A program made the translations under genes and the position numbers. A DNA stretch of 64,000 nt from Eledone cirrhosa. Lineage: Eukaryota. The stretch spans positions 62,868,001 through 62,932,000 of the forward strand of contig OZ024746.1 in the NCBI GenBank assembly GCA_964016885.1, in the 5' to 3' direction. Under the pieces are notes generated by a model. That model was given only the letters and a program-made list of their open reading frames with translations, was not told where the DNA came from and did no database searches. Shown piece after piece: positions 45,071 through 59,371 of the stretch (position 1 is the first letter of the stretch; the number at the start of each line of letters is the position of its first letter).

Positions 45071-45133
45071 TTATATATACATGTATATATATTTATATAT
45101 ATGTATATATATACATATATATTTATATATATG

Positions 45134-45183
<50 letters not shown>

Positions 45184-45324
45184 ATACATATACATATATA
45201 TATATTTATTATATATATATATGCAAGCAGGGAAAAACGGATGTAAAATGATGATGATGATGATGATGATATATATATATATATATATACATAATATATA
45301 TATACATATATATATATATTTATG

Positions 45325-45381
<57 letters not shown>

Positions 45382-45439
45382 ATAAATATATATATATATA
45401 TATATGTATAAATATATATATAAATAAATATATATATAA

Positions 45440-45509
<70 letters not shown>

Positions 45510-46114
45510 TTATATATATATATATGTATGTGTGCATGTGTGTAAGTGAGAGTGTGTATGTATAATTGAAATTCCTGTGTGGGTGTTTGTTGCCACAGTT
45601 GTGGATTAACACATGGTATTTAATTTTTCATAATATATTTAAATTTAAGCAAAATGTAAAACAGCATTGTTGCTAAGCAAGATTGCTAAATATAGATTAT
45701 TACAAATGCCCATATCTCTAAAATATAATACCTATACAATAAACAGAGTCAATTTGAACCAATAAAGGAAATTAGTCTTCCACAAACTTCTACATAATCA
45801 TTTGACCTGTTAGAAATAGTAGCCAAATTTCCTTCGAAGCACTGTACCATCTTAGAAAGGGAAGAATGCATTGGATATAATGTTCTAGATATAATGTGGT
45901 TGATAAATAGATATATGGATGAAACTGAAGTAAGAGTATATGAAGAGGGCAAGAGTCATTGATAAGGTCACAAGTTGCGATGAAAGGACTTTTGAAAATT
46001 TATTAATTAGTTGATTAACCAACTGATTGATAGATAATTTACTTGATTTATAATTGTTTCTACAATTGGCACAAAGCCTGTAATTTGAAGGGCAGATGAA
46101 GTCGATCATTGTCA

Positions 46115-46565
46115 GATCACTCTTGAATGCTACTGGTAGCATGTAACCCAATACAACCTGTCGCATGGTTGGGTCGTCGGCGACTAAACTGGCAACCTCA
46201 CCAAGTTTATTTGGTGAGGAGGGTGATTTTTGGGCACCCTGCAGGACAAAAAACAAAATCTGACAAAGGGCGGAAGAACTCATAAGAGTTAACGGCCATC
46301 TAAAACAAAAAAAGATCCTGCAAAATCAGTGGGTGGCAGTAGTTCCAGCTGCACGCATTGAAAGACTGGTGTAGTGGTTCTGAGAACAATGCGGCTTTGC
46401 AGATGATCAATGCAAATTGACAATGGTAAGGCGAGTTAGAAGAGAACTATTGACTTTCAGGAGAAGCAGTGACTCCTGATTGTATTCAGCAACTGAAACA
46501 AATATGAAGTTCACCAAATCCAATGCTTCTAGGGGCCGCCCTGGTTCTTCTTATTTGCGAGTGTA
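46115..46565 (+). mobile_element. RTE 5'-region-like element inserted in a SINE
   Basis: Shares aagggc...taagagt.aa.ggccatc with 13948; SINE halves at ~46052-46110 and ~46585-46630. Confidence 0.5.
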
Positions 46566-46664
46566 AAACTTGGCCAGATTAGATTAGGAAGTTGATCAAA
46601 TTGACCCCAGAATATTACTAGTACTTTAATTTATTGAGGACATATTGTGTGTATGTATATATTT

Positions 46665-47115
46665 AATTGTTTCTACTTTAGGCACAAGGCCAGCAATTAC
46701 CCAGTGCATTACTGGTACTTTATTTTATCGACCCCGTAAGGATGAAAGGCAAAGTTAACCTCGGCGGGATTTGAACTCAGATCATACAGGGACGTAACTA
46801 TGCTGGAAAGCATGGCGTCCAACCCTCTACTGATACTGCCAATCCACTGCCCTTATGTGTATGTATATATTTAATGTTACATATTTGTATGTTATCTAGA
46901 TGTTGAAGTGAGTCAGTGTATGTAATATAATTGTTTCTACTTTAGGCACAAGGCCAGCAATTACCCAGTGCATTACTGGTACTTTATTTTATCGACCCCG
47001 TAAGGATGAAAGGCAAAGTCAACCTCGGCGGGATTTGAACTCAGATCGTAAAGGGACGTAACTATGCTGGAAAGCATGGCGTCCGACCCTCTACCGATAC
47101 TGCCAATCCACCACT
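46665..47115 (-). mobile_element. Two Meta-core SINEs, each with its own TSD
   Basis: 46665-46855 TSD tgtgtatgtatatatttaat; 46929-47115 TSD tgtaatataat. Confidence 0.88.
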
Positions 47116-47379
47116 GTAATATAATGTTTATCTCTGTCTGTATGTGAGAGGGTGGGGGTTTGTGATGCTAGCAATTGTTTATCTCTGTGAGTGTGTGTAT
47201 GAGCACGCATGTGTGTGTGTCTGTATGTGTGTATGTGTGTATGAGAGAGTGTGTGTGTGTGTGTTTGTGTACGTGTATGCATGTGATGTTAGCAAGCAAT
47301 TTTTCTCTGTAAGAAAATTTTGTGTCTATGTACACATCTGTGAGAATGTGTAGACAAGTGTATATATGTGCACATAAGT

Positions 47380-48812
47380 ATATATATGTGTGTGTGTGTG
47401 TGTGTGTGCATGAGCATGTGTGTATGTGTGTGTGTATGCACATGTATGTGTGTGTGTATGCACATGTATGTGTGTGTTTGTGTGTGTGTGCATGTGTATG
47501 TATGTGTGTGTGCATGTGCATGTATATGTGTGCATGCATGTGCATATATGTATGTGTGTTTGTATGTGTGCATGTGATCATGTGTGCATGTGTATATATG
47601 CATGTGTGTATGTATGTGTGTATGTGAGCATGTGTGCGTGTGTATATATGCATGTGTGTATGTATGTGTGCATGTGTGCATGTGTGCGTGTGCGTGGGTA
47701 TATATGTATGTGTGTATGTATGTGTGCATGTGTGCATGTGTGCGTGTGCGTGGGTATATATGTATGTGTGTATGTATGTGTGCATGTGTGCATGTGTGCA
47801 TGTGTGCGTGTGTGCGTGTGTATATATGTATGTGTGTATGTATGTGTGCATGTGTGCATGTATGTGTGTGCGTGGGTATATATGTATGTGTGTATGTATG
47901 TGTGCATGTGTGCATGTGTGCGTGTGCGTGGGTATATATGTATGTGTGTGTGTATGTGTGCATGTGTGCATGTGTGCGTGTGTGCGTGTGTATATATGTA
48001 TGTGTGTATGTATGTGTGCATGTGTGCATGTGTGCGTGTGCGTGGGTATATATGTATGTGTGTATGTATGTGTGCATGTGTGCACGTGTGCGTGTGTGCG
48101 TGTGTATATATGTATGTGTGTATGTATGTGTGCATGTGTGCATGTGTGCATGTGTGTGTGTGGGTATATATGTATGTGTGTATGTATGTGTGCATGTGTG
48201 CATGTGTTCGTCTGCGTGGGTATATATGTATGTGTGCATGTGTGCGTGTGTGCGTGTGTATATATGTATGTGTGTATGTATGTGTGCATGTATGTGTGCG
48301 TGTGTATATATGTATGTGTGTATGTATGTGTGCATGTGTGCATGTGTGCGTGTGTGCGTGTGTATATATGTATGTGTGTATGTATGTGTGCATGTGTGTG
48401 CGTGCGTGGGTATATATGTATGTGTGTATGTATGTGTGCATGTGTGTGTGTGCGTGTGTATATATGTATGTGTGTATGTATGTGTGTATGTGAGCATGTG
48501 TGCATGTGCGTGTGTATATATGTATGTGTGTATGTATGTGTGCATGTGTGCATGTGTGCATGTGTGTGTGCATGTGTATATATGTATGTGTGTATGTATG
48601 TGTGCATGTGTGTGCGTGTGCGTGTGCGTGTGTGTATATATGTATGTGTGTATGTATGTGTGCATGTGTGCATGTATGCATGTGTGTATGTGTGTGTGCG
48701 TGTGTATATTTGTATGTGTGTATGTATGTGTGTATGTATGTGTGTATGTGTGCATGTGTGTGTGTGTGTGCGTATGTATATATGTATGTGTGTATGTGTG
48801 CATGTGTGTGCG
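47380..48812 (+). repeat. (TG)-based compound satellite with ~50-bp higher-order unit
   Basis: Recurring tatatatgtatgtgtgtatgtatgtgtgcatgtgtgc. Confidence 0.9.
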
Positions 48813-48949
48813 TTTCAAACTTATTTGACATTTCAAACTTATTTGTAATTAACATAAATTATACTGGCATTTCAAAACTTTGTTGGAATATGTTAAAGGA
48901 AGTCAGAATTGTGTAGAACTGACAGACAGCAATTTGGAACATTGACAGG

Positions 48950-49587
48950 TGACCATTGGTAACCACTGGTAACCACTGGTTACCAGCGGTTACCAGGGGT
49001 TATCACAATATCCACTGGTAACCATTGGTGGCCAGTAGTGGCCACAATATCTACTGGTAGCCATTGGTTACCATTGGTAACCATAGGTAACCAGTGGTGA
49101 CCACAACATCCACTGGTAACCAGTGGTGACCACAATATCTAGTGGTAGCCATTGGTAACCAGTGGTGATCACAATATCCACTGGTCACCATTGGTATCCA
49201 GTGGTGACCACATTATCTACTGGTAACCATTAGTAACCAGTGGTGACCACAATATCCACTGGTCATCATTGGTGACCACAATATCCACTGGTCACCATTG
49301 GTAACCAGTGGTGACCACAATATCCACTGGTCACCATTGGTAACCAGTGGTGACCACAATATCCACTGGTCATCATTGGTAACCAGTGGTGACCACAATA
49401 TCCACTGGTCATCATTGGTAACCAGTGGTGACCACAATATCCACTGGTCACCATTGGTAACCAGTGGTGACCACAATATCCACTGGTCACCATTGGTAAC
49501 CAGTGGTGACCACAATATCCACTGGTAGTCAGTAGTGACTACAATATCTACTGGTAACCATTGGTAACCAGTTGTGACCACAATATC
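48950..49587 (+). repeat. 39-bp minisatellite built from GGTNACC/CCANTGG dyads
   Basis: Unit ccattggtaaccagtggtgaccacaatatccactggtca. Confidence 0.92.
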
Positions 49588-50384
49588 AAAGATGCTATCA
49601 TGTAATAATTGTTTCTGATTTAGGCAGAAGGCCAACAACTTTTTGGGGAAAGGGAAGTCGATTATATCGACCCCAGTACATTACTGGTACTTTATTTTAT
49701 CAACCCCGTAAGGATGAAAGACAAAGGCATCATATAATAATTGTTTCTACTTTTGGCACAAGGCCAGAAATTATCCCCGTGTATTACTGGTACTTTATTT
49801 TCAAAACCCCGTAAGGATGAAAGCAAACTTAACCTCGGTGAGATTTGAATTCAGACTGTAAAGGGCCGTAACTCCATGCTGTAAAGTATGGCATCCGACC
49901 ATCTGCCGTTACTGCCAAAAAAAGGTATCATAGAACAACGTAAATCTATCATAAATAACTAATATGACTCTAACAAAATACAACTGCTTGATTATATCAC
50001 TTGCCATACAGATACAAATAAAATGCTTGGTGTTATGATAGAAAGTTCCAGATATAATTGCTTGTGAGTGTGTATGGACCCATAACGTCTGATGAAGTCA
50101 TAAGGGTGTTTGCATGATATATGGCAGGTTTGGGGCATTTCAAATATGACAAAGCCCATCCCCACTCCAGGTTTAAATGCAGATAATTTCTACCAGAAAA
50201 GGAGAGAGAGTAGGAGAGAGAGAGAGAGAGAGAGGGGGGGGGGAGTGATATAGAGGAATAATTATGCCTCTATATCTCTTTCTCACTTGACCCCAGTACT
50301 GGACTTGTACTGGCATTTATTTACTTAGAAAGAATGAAAGGAAAGGTATAACATTTTCCTCTCATAACTTTGTAATATATCATA

Positions 50385-50850
50385 CTTTCATTGATAACTT
50401 CATTGACGACTCACTGAAATATTGATACACCATTTACCCCAACCAATCTTGAGTTAATTTATATAAACCCCCAGCTGCTTAGAAATTTATATAAAGTCTT
50501 TCCACAGGTTTTATACCAACTTAACAATAAGAGCTACTTCCATCAATTTTGATATAAATGTTAATGTTTAAATATATTATTGTGTAGATCATTTATATAG
50601 AGAACTAGATAAGCATCAAGCTTTGCAAAGGATTTGATAGTTTGAATGAAATCTATAACAAACTTTTTCTTATGGGAATTTCAAGTAATAATCAAAACAT
50701 GCACCTGCCATAGGGAAATATTTGGTTCTATGATAGCTTCTCTTAAATGCTTTGAAATTTCTAAATCCATAAATTCTTTATCTTTGATACTGTATTGTCA
50801 ATGTTTGGTTGCAACCGGTTTGCAGTTTAGGATAAAAGTTTGAAAGCATT
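50385..50850 (-). pseudogene. Decayed Gypsy LTR-retrotransposon reverse transcriptase
   Basis: CKPVATKH*QYS..DKEF...IIEPNISLW...KKKFVIDFIQTI..LDAY, and GVNGVSIFQ* downstream. Confidence 0.8.
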
Positions 50851-51129
50851 TAGCAGTTTTTTCAGTCACATATAGTGGAATAAAGCCACCAGATATTAAA
50901 CATGGTTTTAACCACAATAAATAACTAATTTCTTTATAATAAAATGTTATAGTTTGCTCGAAGCATTGTATATAATATATAATATATAATATATAATATA
51001 TAATGTTGAAAGAGATAGAAGGCTGAACAATGCAAAATGGACTGTAAGATGAGGTAATGAAAAATAAAAGTAAATTACCTGGTAATCTTTGTTTTGTTTT
51101 TTGTTGTTGTTATTGTTCTTTTATTTGTA

Positions 51130-51163
51130 CAATATTTTGGGACTAAAAGTCCCTTCTTCAGGG
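51130..51163 (-). ncRNA. Degenerate hammerhead (G12 changed to A)
   Basis: CUGAAGA-a-gggac(uuuua)guccc-AAAA-uauug. Confidence 0.45.
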
Positions 51164-51589
51164 TTTAAGGAATTTTCAGTGGATAATGTTCCAATTTCTT
51201 CTCTTTAGGATTATATTTTGATTTTGATTTAAATTTTGTTTTTAAGTCACTTTCAAGCGATGAGGTAATGAAAAGTAAAAGTTACCTGGTAATCTTTGTT
51301 TTGTTTTGTTGTTGTAATTTAAAGAAATGTATTTTAAAAATTACAAGCACATAGTTGTGAAAAACAAAAATGTTCTACATTTTTATATACATGTAAGTGT
51401 TTTATTCATACAGAGTCTATCAATTTATGCTGTTTGTTCAGAATTAGCCAAGGAAACCTTACCTGTTTTGGGATATATTTCCAAATTCAGTTGATTAACT
51501 AATTTTGGTCAGATGGAATTTTTAGAAGATCCTTTGTCTATGAAGATTTCAACTACCTTGTCATTAAATTTTGTTGTTATCATATGTGT

Positions 51590-51820
51590 TAGGGGCCCAG
51601 AACATATAACTACCAGAGAAACAGAGCCAGACTGAAAAACTTAGGTGTTAGGGGCCCAGAACATACAACTAGCAGAGAAACAGAGCCAGACTGAATAACT
51701 TAGGCCTCAGGGGCCCAGAACATACAACTACCAGAGAAACAGAGCCAGATGGAATAACTTAGGCCTCAGGGGCCAGAACATACACCTACCAGAGAAACAG
51801 AGCCAGATGGAATAACTTAG
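51590..51820 (+). repeat. ~60-bp tandem repeat, 4 copies
   Basis: ggggcccagaacatacaactaccagagaaacagagccaga... Confidence 0.9.
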
Positions 51821-52345
51821 ATAGTTTAGAGTGTCGGGCAGAAGATGTGGGATTACTAGACTGACACTTTTGGCAACCAACGGTTTTAGCTGAACATGAG
51901 ACACAAGTGTGGATCTTTGCATTATCATAGAATAAGTCTGTTTTCTAAGTTGCAGGGTTTACCATGGCGCATTGCTCAAATTTATCACATAGATATTCTT
52001 TATGGTCTATATAGTGTTTCTTTAGGTGAATTGACAGAATCATTAGAGTTCAAATCCCACTGAGGTCAACTTTGCCTTTCATTTTTTCGAAGTCGATGAA
52101 AATGTACCAATTTAGCCCTGGAGTTGATTCTTCTTCTATATTTCTTTCTCACTTCTCTCTCTCACTCTGTCTCCTTCTCTGCAAGAAATCGACTGTATTT
52201 GAACCTGGAAAGGAGATGGATTCCACCAAGAGTTATGGGTACATACAAACACACATACACTCACACACATATATATATCCATATGTAGTTGACGGCTGAG
52301 AGAAAAGAGTACTCAATATTGAAGTATAGTAAGGCTAAATACAGA

Positions 52346-53256
52346 TCATCATCATCATCATCATCATCATCGTTTAACGTCCATCTTCCACGCTTGCATG
52401 GGTTTGGAAGGGAGTTTTCCCACTTGAGGCAAGAGTGGTTGTCTTGCTCGCATAGGACTGTCTGGCGGGTTTTCTACGGCTGGATGCCCTTCCTAACACC
52501 AACCACATTTACAGTGTGGACTGGGAGGTTTTTGCCGTGTTACCTACACGGCCACATTACAGCGTGGACTGTGTGTTTTTTTGTCGTGACACCTACACGA
52601 CCTCATTTGTTTTGGACTGGATGTTGTGGTACCAACATAACTTTACATTGAAAGGGGTGGTGTTGATGGGGTGGGGGTAGTGGGACGGGGGGGTATTTTG
52701 TTAGAGGTGCCTACTGACTGTAGTAGGTTTCATTTTGTACTTAGGTAAGGCGGGTCTTCTGTATTACTGTGTAGCGCCAAAGATTTTGGTCCAGTGACAT
52801 TGTCTTGGAGAGGTGTAAGTGTGTGAGGTCGGAATTTATCAAGTCGTCCCAGGTTTTTCTGGGTCTGCCTACTCCGTGGCTACCATCTATTTTTATTGCT
52901 CTGCACCATACCAACGTAGTGTTCTCTTGAGTAAACAACATCTGATCCCTCTTATTTCTAATTTTTCCCTTAGTTTGTTTATGCTTTGCCGTTCACGTAT
53001 ATTACTATTACACATCCAGCGAAGCATGCAAGCTTCGTTCCTCTCCAGTCTGCATATATCCTCTGCACACAATGCCCAGGTCTCACTGCCATGCAACATT
53101 GCTGTTCGTATGCAGGCATCATACAGCCTGCCTTTCATTTTTAGAGAGAACCCTTTAGCGGCTAATAGTGGTATAAGCTCTCTGAACTTTTTCCATCCAG
53201 TTCTGACTCTAGCTACTGTACTTTCAGAGCACCCTCCACCACTGCTGATTTTGTCA
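52346..53256 (-). mobile_element. PHD-RTE family LINE 3' fragment
   Basis: ORFs 52893-53279 and 52741-52941; 3'UTR. Confidence 0.95.
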
Positions 53257-53361
53257 TATATATATATATATATATGCAAAAGTTCTATTTAAAATTGTTG
53301 GGATACAACAAGTAAATATTTTTATAACTGATATAAAGCAGTCGACAAGTATTTGGAGTAG

Positions 53362-53713
53362 ATATACGATATTAATAAATGGAAACTATATTTATAAAAC
53401 CATATTTATTTCATTATACATATTTCAGGGATACCAAATTAAATTATGGTATGCCTTCATCAGACAAAATACAATATATAACAGTTTTACAAATAAGCTT
53501 TGACGTACCCTATTAAAATGCAACCATTGTTTTTGGAAGTCATCCGGATAGTTTTATTTTAATAGGGTACGTCAAAGCTTATTTGTAAAACTGTTATATA
53601 TTGTATTTTGTCTGATGAAGGCATACCATAATTTAATTTGGTATCCCTGAAATATGTATAATGAAATAAATATGGTTTTATAAATATAGTTTCCATTTAT
53701 TAATATCGTATAT
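53362..53713. repeat. Fold-back with 158-bp arms and 36-nt spacer; hammerhead in each arm
   Basis: 53362-53519 versus 53556-53713, apparently identical. Confidence 0.93.
53604..53668 (+). ncRNA. Hammerhead ribozyme (mirror copy 53407-53471, minus)
   Basis: uauuuugu-CUGAUGA-aggcauacca(10 nt)ugguau cccu-GAAA-ua(ug)ua-UA-augaaaua. Confidence 0.85.
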
Positions 53714-53739
53714 ATATAGTGTTTCTTTAGTAAACTAGT

Positions 53740-53965
53740 CCTGATAATATTTTTATATATTCCCCATATAAAAGTATTTACTTCAGCTGTTAGAATCACA
53801 ATCATGAGTTAACCCAATTACATTTGGTAGATATTCATCTATGTTTTTGTTAAGCTTTTGAAATCACACAGACAGAAGGTGGAACATATTTCATTTAACC
53901 ATGTTAAAGCATTGTCAAAAATTATACAATCTTGTATGATTTTCAACTATATCCTCCATTGTGTC
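53740..53965 (-). pseudogene. Possible very old piggyBac transposase remnant
   Basis: Weak motifs IVEN..RLYN..LT and CDS...YFYMGNIY across frameshifts. Confidence 0.25.
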
Positions 53966-56214
53966 ATACCAAACAAAAGCTTTTGTTTGGTATGATTAAA
54001 TTTCGGATTGACAGTTGTTATGAAATTCTTGAATCTTCTTCCATATTGAAGAGAGCTTTGTAAGACTATCAAATTTGTTTAGTCCAGCTATCTTGTATAT
54101 GTTGATTCAGTGGTTGATAAGTTTAACTACACTGTTGTGCTAAAGAAAGTTTCAGATATAATACTCAGAAGAGATATATCATCTTCCCTGTCATCGCTGG
54201 TAAATGATATAGGAGAGATAATTATTTTTACAGACATACAACTTTTATCATAACACTTTTTGTTAAAAAAGTAAAGTGATGGGTTTAACCAGTTTGGTAC
54301 TAAACCACATAAGATTGCTTAGATTTGTTGTTGAACCTGTGGCAGTGAAGACTTTTGGCATTCTTGGTTTCTGGATCACATCTTTACTCATGTGATAGGT
54401 TTGTGGTTGAGTCTGTGGCAGTGGAGACTTTGAGCATTCTTGGCCCCTGGACCACATCCTATTTACTGCTATTGGAGCAGAGTTGGCTGCCCACAAGTGT
54501 GAGCCTCGTGAGATTAAGTTGCTGTGCCAGTGCATCTAACTCACCATACTCTAGGGCAATGTCTTCTCCATCCTGTCAGCCAGGACCACAAGGCAGACTG
54601 ACCCTTAAGTTTAATTTATGGTGGTGGTATGTGGAATAAATTTACTTAAGCTTTAACAACATAGTAACTCTTTCAAAAATATGGATTTGCTTTTGTAAAC
54701 AGCAGGTGATGATGACAAAAATTGCAGTAATGCTGCCGGTGTGTTGGCTTGCCTCATAAAGTATTAGAGGGAGTTTCCAGCACCCCTTGTGGTGTGTGTC
54801 ACATTTTGTCACACTTTGTTGTATTAAATTAATATTTTCTTTCATTTTAAATTTATATTTTTTTGTGAAATATTTATGTAATTACTGTCATAATTAATTA
54901 TTATTTTTAAACTGTCTCTTTTTAAGTGTTCACATTTATCTAAAAAAATCCTTTCATCATAGTTTTACATAAGAACTTTTGTTGTGTTCTAAATACCAGT
55001 TTGATAATGAAAATGTCAATTTTATTAGTAAATCCCTTCAAGTACTTGATTATTTACAAAATTATTTGAAAATCATAAGTGGTGTGTTTCATTAGAAATA
55101 TTTGTAATGAAAGAGTTAATGTTTAGACAAACAGAACAAAAATGATTGTTTCTAGTTTATACTCCATTACCTGTTCTACCTCACCTCAATATTATAACAG
55201 AAACATTAAATTATTTGGCTATTGTTTATCTTCTAGCATACAAAAATTGAAATTGAATCAAAGATGGAGCTTCTATTTGGTTGTTAGACATGCTAGAAAT
55301 AGCAGTCAAATCAATTTGTGATCATAAAAAAGGAAAGGAAGGACACATTGGATAATATATTTCTATATACACTATATCTTAATAAAAGACAGGATAGTCA
55401 TAGCTGGAACACTTTTGACCATATAGCTGACTTGGAGCTAAACCACAATCACCAAGACCACCACCACTAACACCCCGACCCCAACCACAACCACCACTAC
55501 TAACACCACAACCACAACCACCACAACCACCACCATACCACCACCACCATAAACAAAATGGAGTGATATCTTTCAATTGTGTCTGGATATGGTCAATAAT
55601 AATGAAAATCATTAGGAATTATTGCACCTGAAGAACAAGAGTCTAGTCAATAATAACATCAATAGGTATTACCAAAAATATACAATAATGATTGTCAAAA
55701 GATCAAAAGAAGTAATACATATATATATATATATATATATATAGCTCTAGAAAACCAGCCAGAAACACTCCTATATGAGCGAGACACGGTCATCCGACCC
55801 AACTTGCCTCTAAATGGGACCCGTCTAACCCATGCTAGCATGGAAGATAGACGTTAATCGATGATGATGATGATATATAGTTCAAGGAGACAACAGACGT
55901 ACAAAAAGTCTTATTAGTTTCATGCTTTATTGGGGAAAGAGGAAAGAAATTTCGACATGTTGGGCTTAAGCCCTTCTTAAGGAGTACAAAACAGAGACAG
56001 AATCACAAAGGAGAAACAGAAATAAAGGAGGTCCAAGTAAATAAAAAAATAAAAAAATGAAGATTAAAACAAGATAAACCATTAGGTAGTTTTGGTAACG
56101 AGTTGGAACGCAAAGTGGAGTGTGTATACTACTTTGACACTAAACTCTACCAGTTGCAGACTGCGCATCAACATAAGATATCTTTCTCAACAAAGCGATC
56201 ACCAGCAGCAGAGT

Positions 56215-56500
56215 TCAAAGAACAAAGATCAAGTCCAGTCCATAAATTGACATTATCAAGCCATAGTTTTGGCTGCCAGCCTTGCTTCTCTTACCAGCCA
56301 ACCTTCCTTCCAGGCACAACCTACTCACACAACAAGTTGATCTTTTTATATGACCGTATAGTTTGAGTACTCTTGACTTGGCAATTGATGTAATTGGTCT
56401 AAGTTTGGTAATGTTGAGCAGCTCACTGATACAGTTATGGCTGCTGAGCCGCTTGCCAGTCATAAGTCTCATGATGTGGTTCTGGAATGTAGAGAGCTTG
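56215..56500 (-). mobile_element. RTE-like LINE C-terminal fragment
   Basis: RVLKLYGHIKRS...LCLEGRLAGKR. Confidence 0.75.
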
Positions 56501-57140
56501 TGTGTATTAGTGTTGTTATTATGTTTAAATGTGTGTTTTTTTTAAGGAATTGAACTTAGAATCATATGTTTCCAAAGTGAAATTCTCAATCATGTGGTTT
56601 TGCCTGCATTAATAATTGAAAATCAGAAATAAATTTCAATTTACAAGTTGAAATTTATTCTGAAAGGTTTTATATTCTTTGTTCTTTTCTTTAATTCTTT
56701 TCATCAGATAACTTTTAAAAAAATATTTATCATGATAAAGAAACGTAGTTGACATTATATTCTAATATTTTCTGCATATATTAGTAGCTATGATTTTAAT
56801 GTAGTTTGTTCCTTCTCCTTTATCTACCTTTCCCCAGTTTGCAGCTACTTAATATCTAAAATAAAATCAGAAATTGCCCATGGAACTTCGAATTTTATGC
56901 TTATTCTTTATACTTTCATTTTTTAAAAAAATAATTTTCATACTTCAGCTCATGATGTTTCCTATTCTAAGTTATAAATTATACCAGAAGTGAAACATTA
57001 AGAAAAGTGAAACATTAAGAAAAAAAATGTCTCTATGTTCTGAGTTCTAGCTTAATCCACTGATAAATCTTCATACAATGATAACAAACTTAATTCCTTG
57101 ATAACTTTAACCCTCTAACTTAATCTTAATCAGTACATAT

Positions 57141-57460
57141 ATATCCGGCATATCATCTGACAAGGAATTCTTTAATCATGCTGATTATTATTACAATGAT
57201 ACTTTAAAAACGATGTTTTCAATGATACTCTATATTAAATACAGAACAGCATTAATATTCATAAACATAAAATATGCAATACAAAAGATTACATGATATA
57301 AGCCTCCTTATAGTTTAAATGTTCATTTTAACATGGCCAGAATTTTCTACCATCATTCTACATAGACCATGCATAATTGTTACAGACCCATTCCTTCTGG
57401 AAATACATGATTAGGGAGGGAGTTTCATGCTATATTTTTCTGCACATAATAAAAAATAGT
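57141..57460 (+). pseudogene. Decayed Penelope-like RT thumb/linker region
   Basis: ISGISSDKEFFNHADYYYNDTLK and KIT*YKPPYSLNV..NMARIF resemble the PLE IWFNPPYSxNV motif. Confidence 0.6.
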
Positions 57461-58351
57461 TGAAAACGTGACATTTTTTCCAATGGATTTTTTGGACAAA
57501 CAATCAAATGCTGATGTATTGTTAACGACTTATGTTCCTATGTAATCTGGAATATTATTATTATTTATATGTAATCATGCAGATAGCCTTTTTCAATCTT
57601 GTGAACAATCAGAACAATCAGAAACGTGAAACTTAGAATGAATAGAAACTTCAGTTTTTATTCACACACACACACACACATATATATATAGAGAGAGAGA
57701 CAGGTAGACATATATAGAGAAGGATGAATGGTTGGAATTCAGTAAACACTTTTGTTTATAGAGTTGGTGAGGATTGGAAAAGTGAAATAAGTAAATATAA
57801 CTTGAGAAGTTTCAGCTTTGAAATAAAAACTATGTTTGTATATATATATATCATCAGTTACAACAGTGGAATATGCAGAGACTTAAGTTTTACTGGGTTA
57901 ATACACTATCTCATTCAATCTGCCATATTGTGATGGAGTACTTCCAGGAAGATTCTTGATAGTATAGGAGAGTTCTAAGGGCAGGGAATCCTAGAAATTC
58001 CAATTAGTTAAATAAATATATTATGGTAAACCTTATATATGCAAGGAAGGTAATTTTAACAAGAAAATGGAAGTAGCTTGTGTTCAGAGAGAGAGAACAA
58101 GAGTTAATTTGAAAAGTTTAGTCTGGCCAAAAATATCTCTTCAGAGAGAATTTTGATTCATGAGGGCACTGATTGAAAACACCCTAAGAGCATCCAGCCA
58201 TAGAAACCAAGCAAGAAACAGTTCTATATGAGTAAGACATGGTCATCTGAGCTGTCTTGTCTCATAATGGGATAACACATCTAACTCATGCTAGCATGGA
58301 AAATGGACGTTAAATGGTTATGATGATGATAATGATGATGATATATATGAA

Positions 58352-58753
58352 GGCGCATGGCTTAGTGGTTAGAGCATTGGGCTTGCAATCGAAAGGTTGT
58401 GAGTTCAATTCTCAGACCGGGTGATGTGTTGTTTCCTTGAGCAAGACACTTTATTTCACATTGTTCTAGTTTACTCAGCTGTAGAAATGAGATGATTGGA
58501 CTGGGGTCCATATCATTCAACTGCAAAGTGGTTGTGGAGGTGCCACAGCAAAAAAGCACCCAGCCCACACTGTAAAGTGGACGTGGAGGCGCCACGGAAA
58601 AAGCACTCAGCACTCACTGTAAATGAGGTTGGTGTTAGGAAGGGCATCCAGCTGTAGAAATCAAGTCAGAATCAGTGCCCGTATGAGCAAGACAAGGACA
58701 GCCCGTCTAACCCATGCTAGCGTGGAAGAACGGACGTAAAACGATGATGATGA
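58352..58753 (+). mobile_element. Composite SINE (tRNA head, CORE-like domain, RTE tail)
   Basis: Same structure as 13406-13793. Confidence 0.88.
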
Positions 58754-58761
58754 TATATATC

Positions 58762-58945
58762 TATAATAACTAGAGATTGATTAACATATAAATAAACATG
58801 AATAATCACAGGAGATAATTTTTACAAGTGTGTAACCACACATAGTTAGTTATCTACCTAGCTATGTGTGGTTACACACTTGTAAAACTTATCTCCTGTG
58901 ATTATTCATGTTTATTTATATGTTAATCAATCTCTAGTTATTATA
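58762..58945. repeat. 184-bp near-perfect fold-back
   Basis: Arms tataataactagagattg...cacatag; centre near 58853. Confidence 0.92.
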
Positions 58946-59068
58946 AAATGCTCAGACCTACTCGTTAGAATCTTAGAGCTTATTTTGCGGGTGATATGGC
59001 GCATGTCTTTCTGGCATGACACCCATAATTTTGATTTAGATTAAATTCATTTGACTTATCTTAATTTT

Positions 59069-59136
<68 letters not shown>

Positions 59137-59218
59137 ATAATAAATGTGAAGACTAAAATCCGAAGAGAGCCTGATAAGGGTAAAAGCAACGATTCTTTGC
59201 TTAAACTTTAATCTGTTC

Positions 59219-59260
<42 letters not shown>

Positions 59261-59371
59261 TAAAAGGAATTCCAACTTTGTCTGATTTACTCGTTTTATT
59301 TACAATCCTTTAAAATTATAATGATATTATAATGAAATAGTATGGTAGAATATTAAATGTTAAATGTTAAT

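Noticed and set aside
50088-50120. CTGATGA followed by a short stem
   Set aside because: No GAAA or cleavage triplet follows
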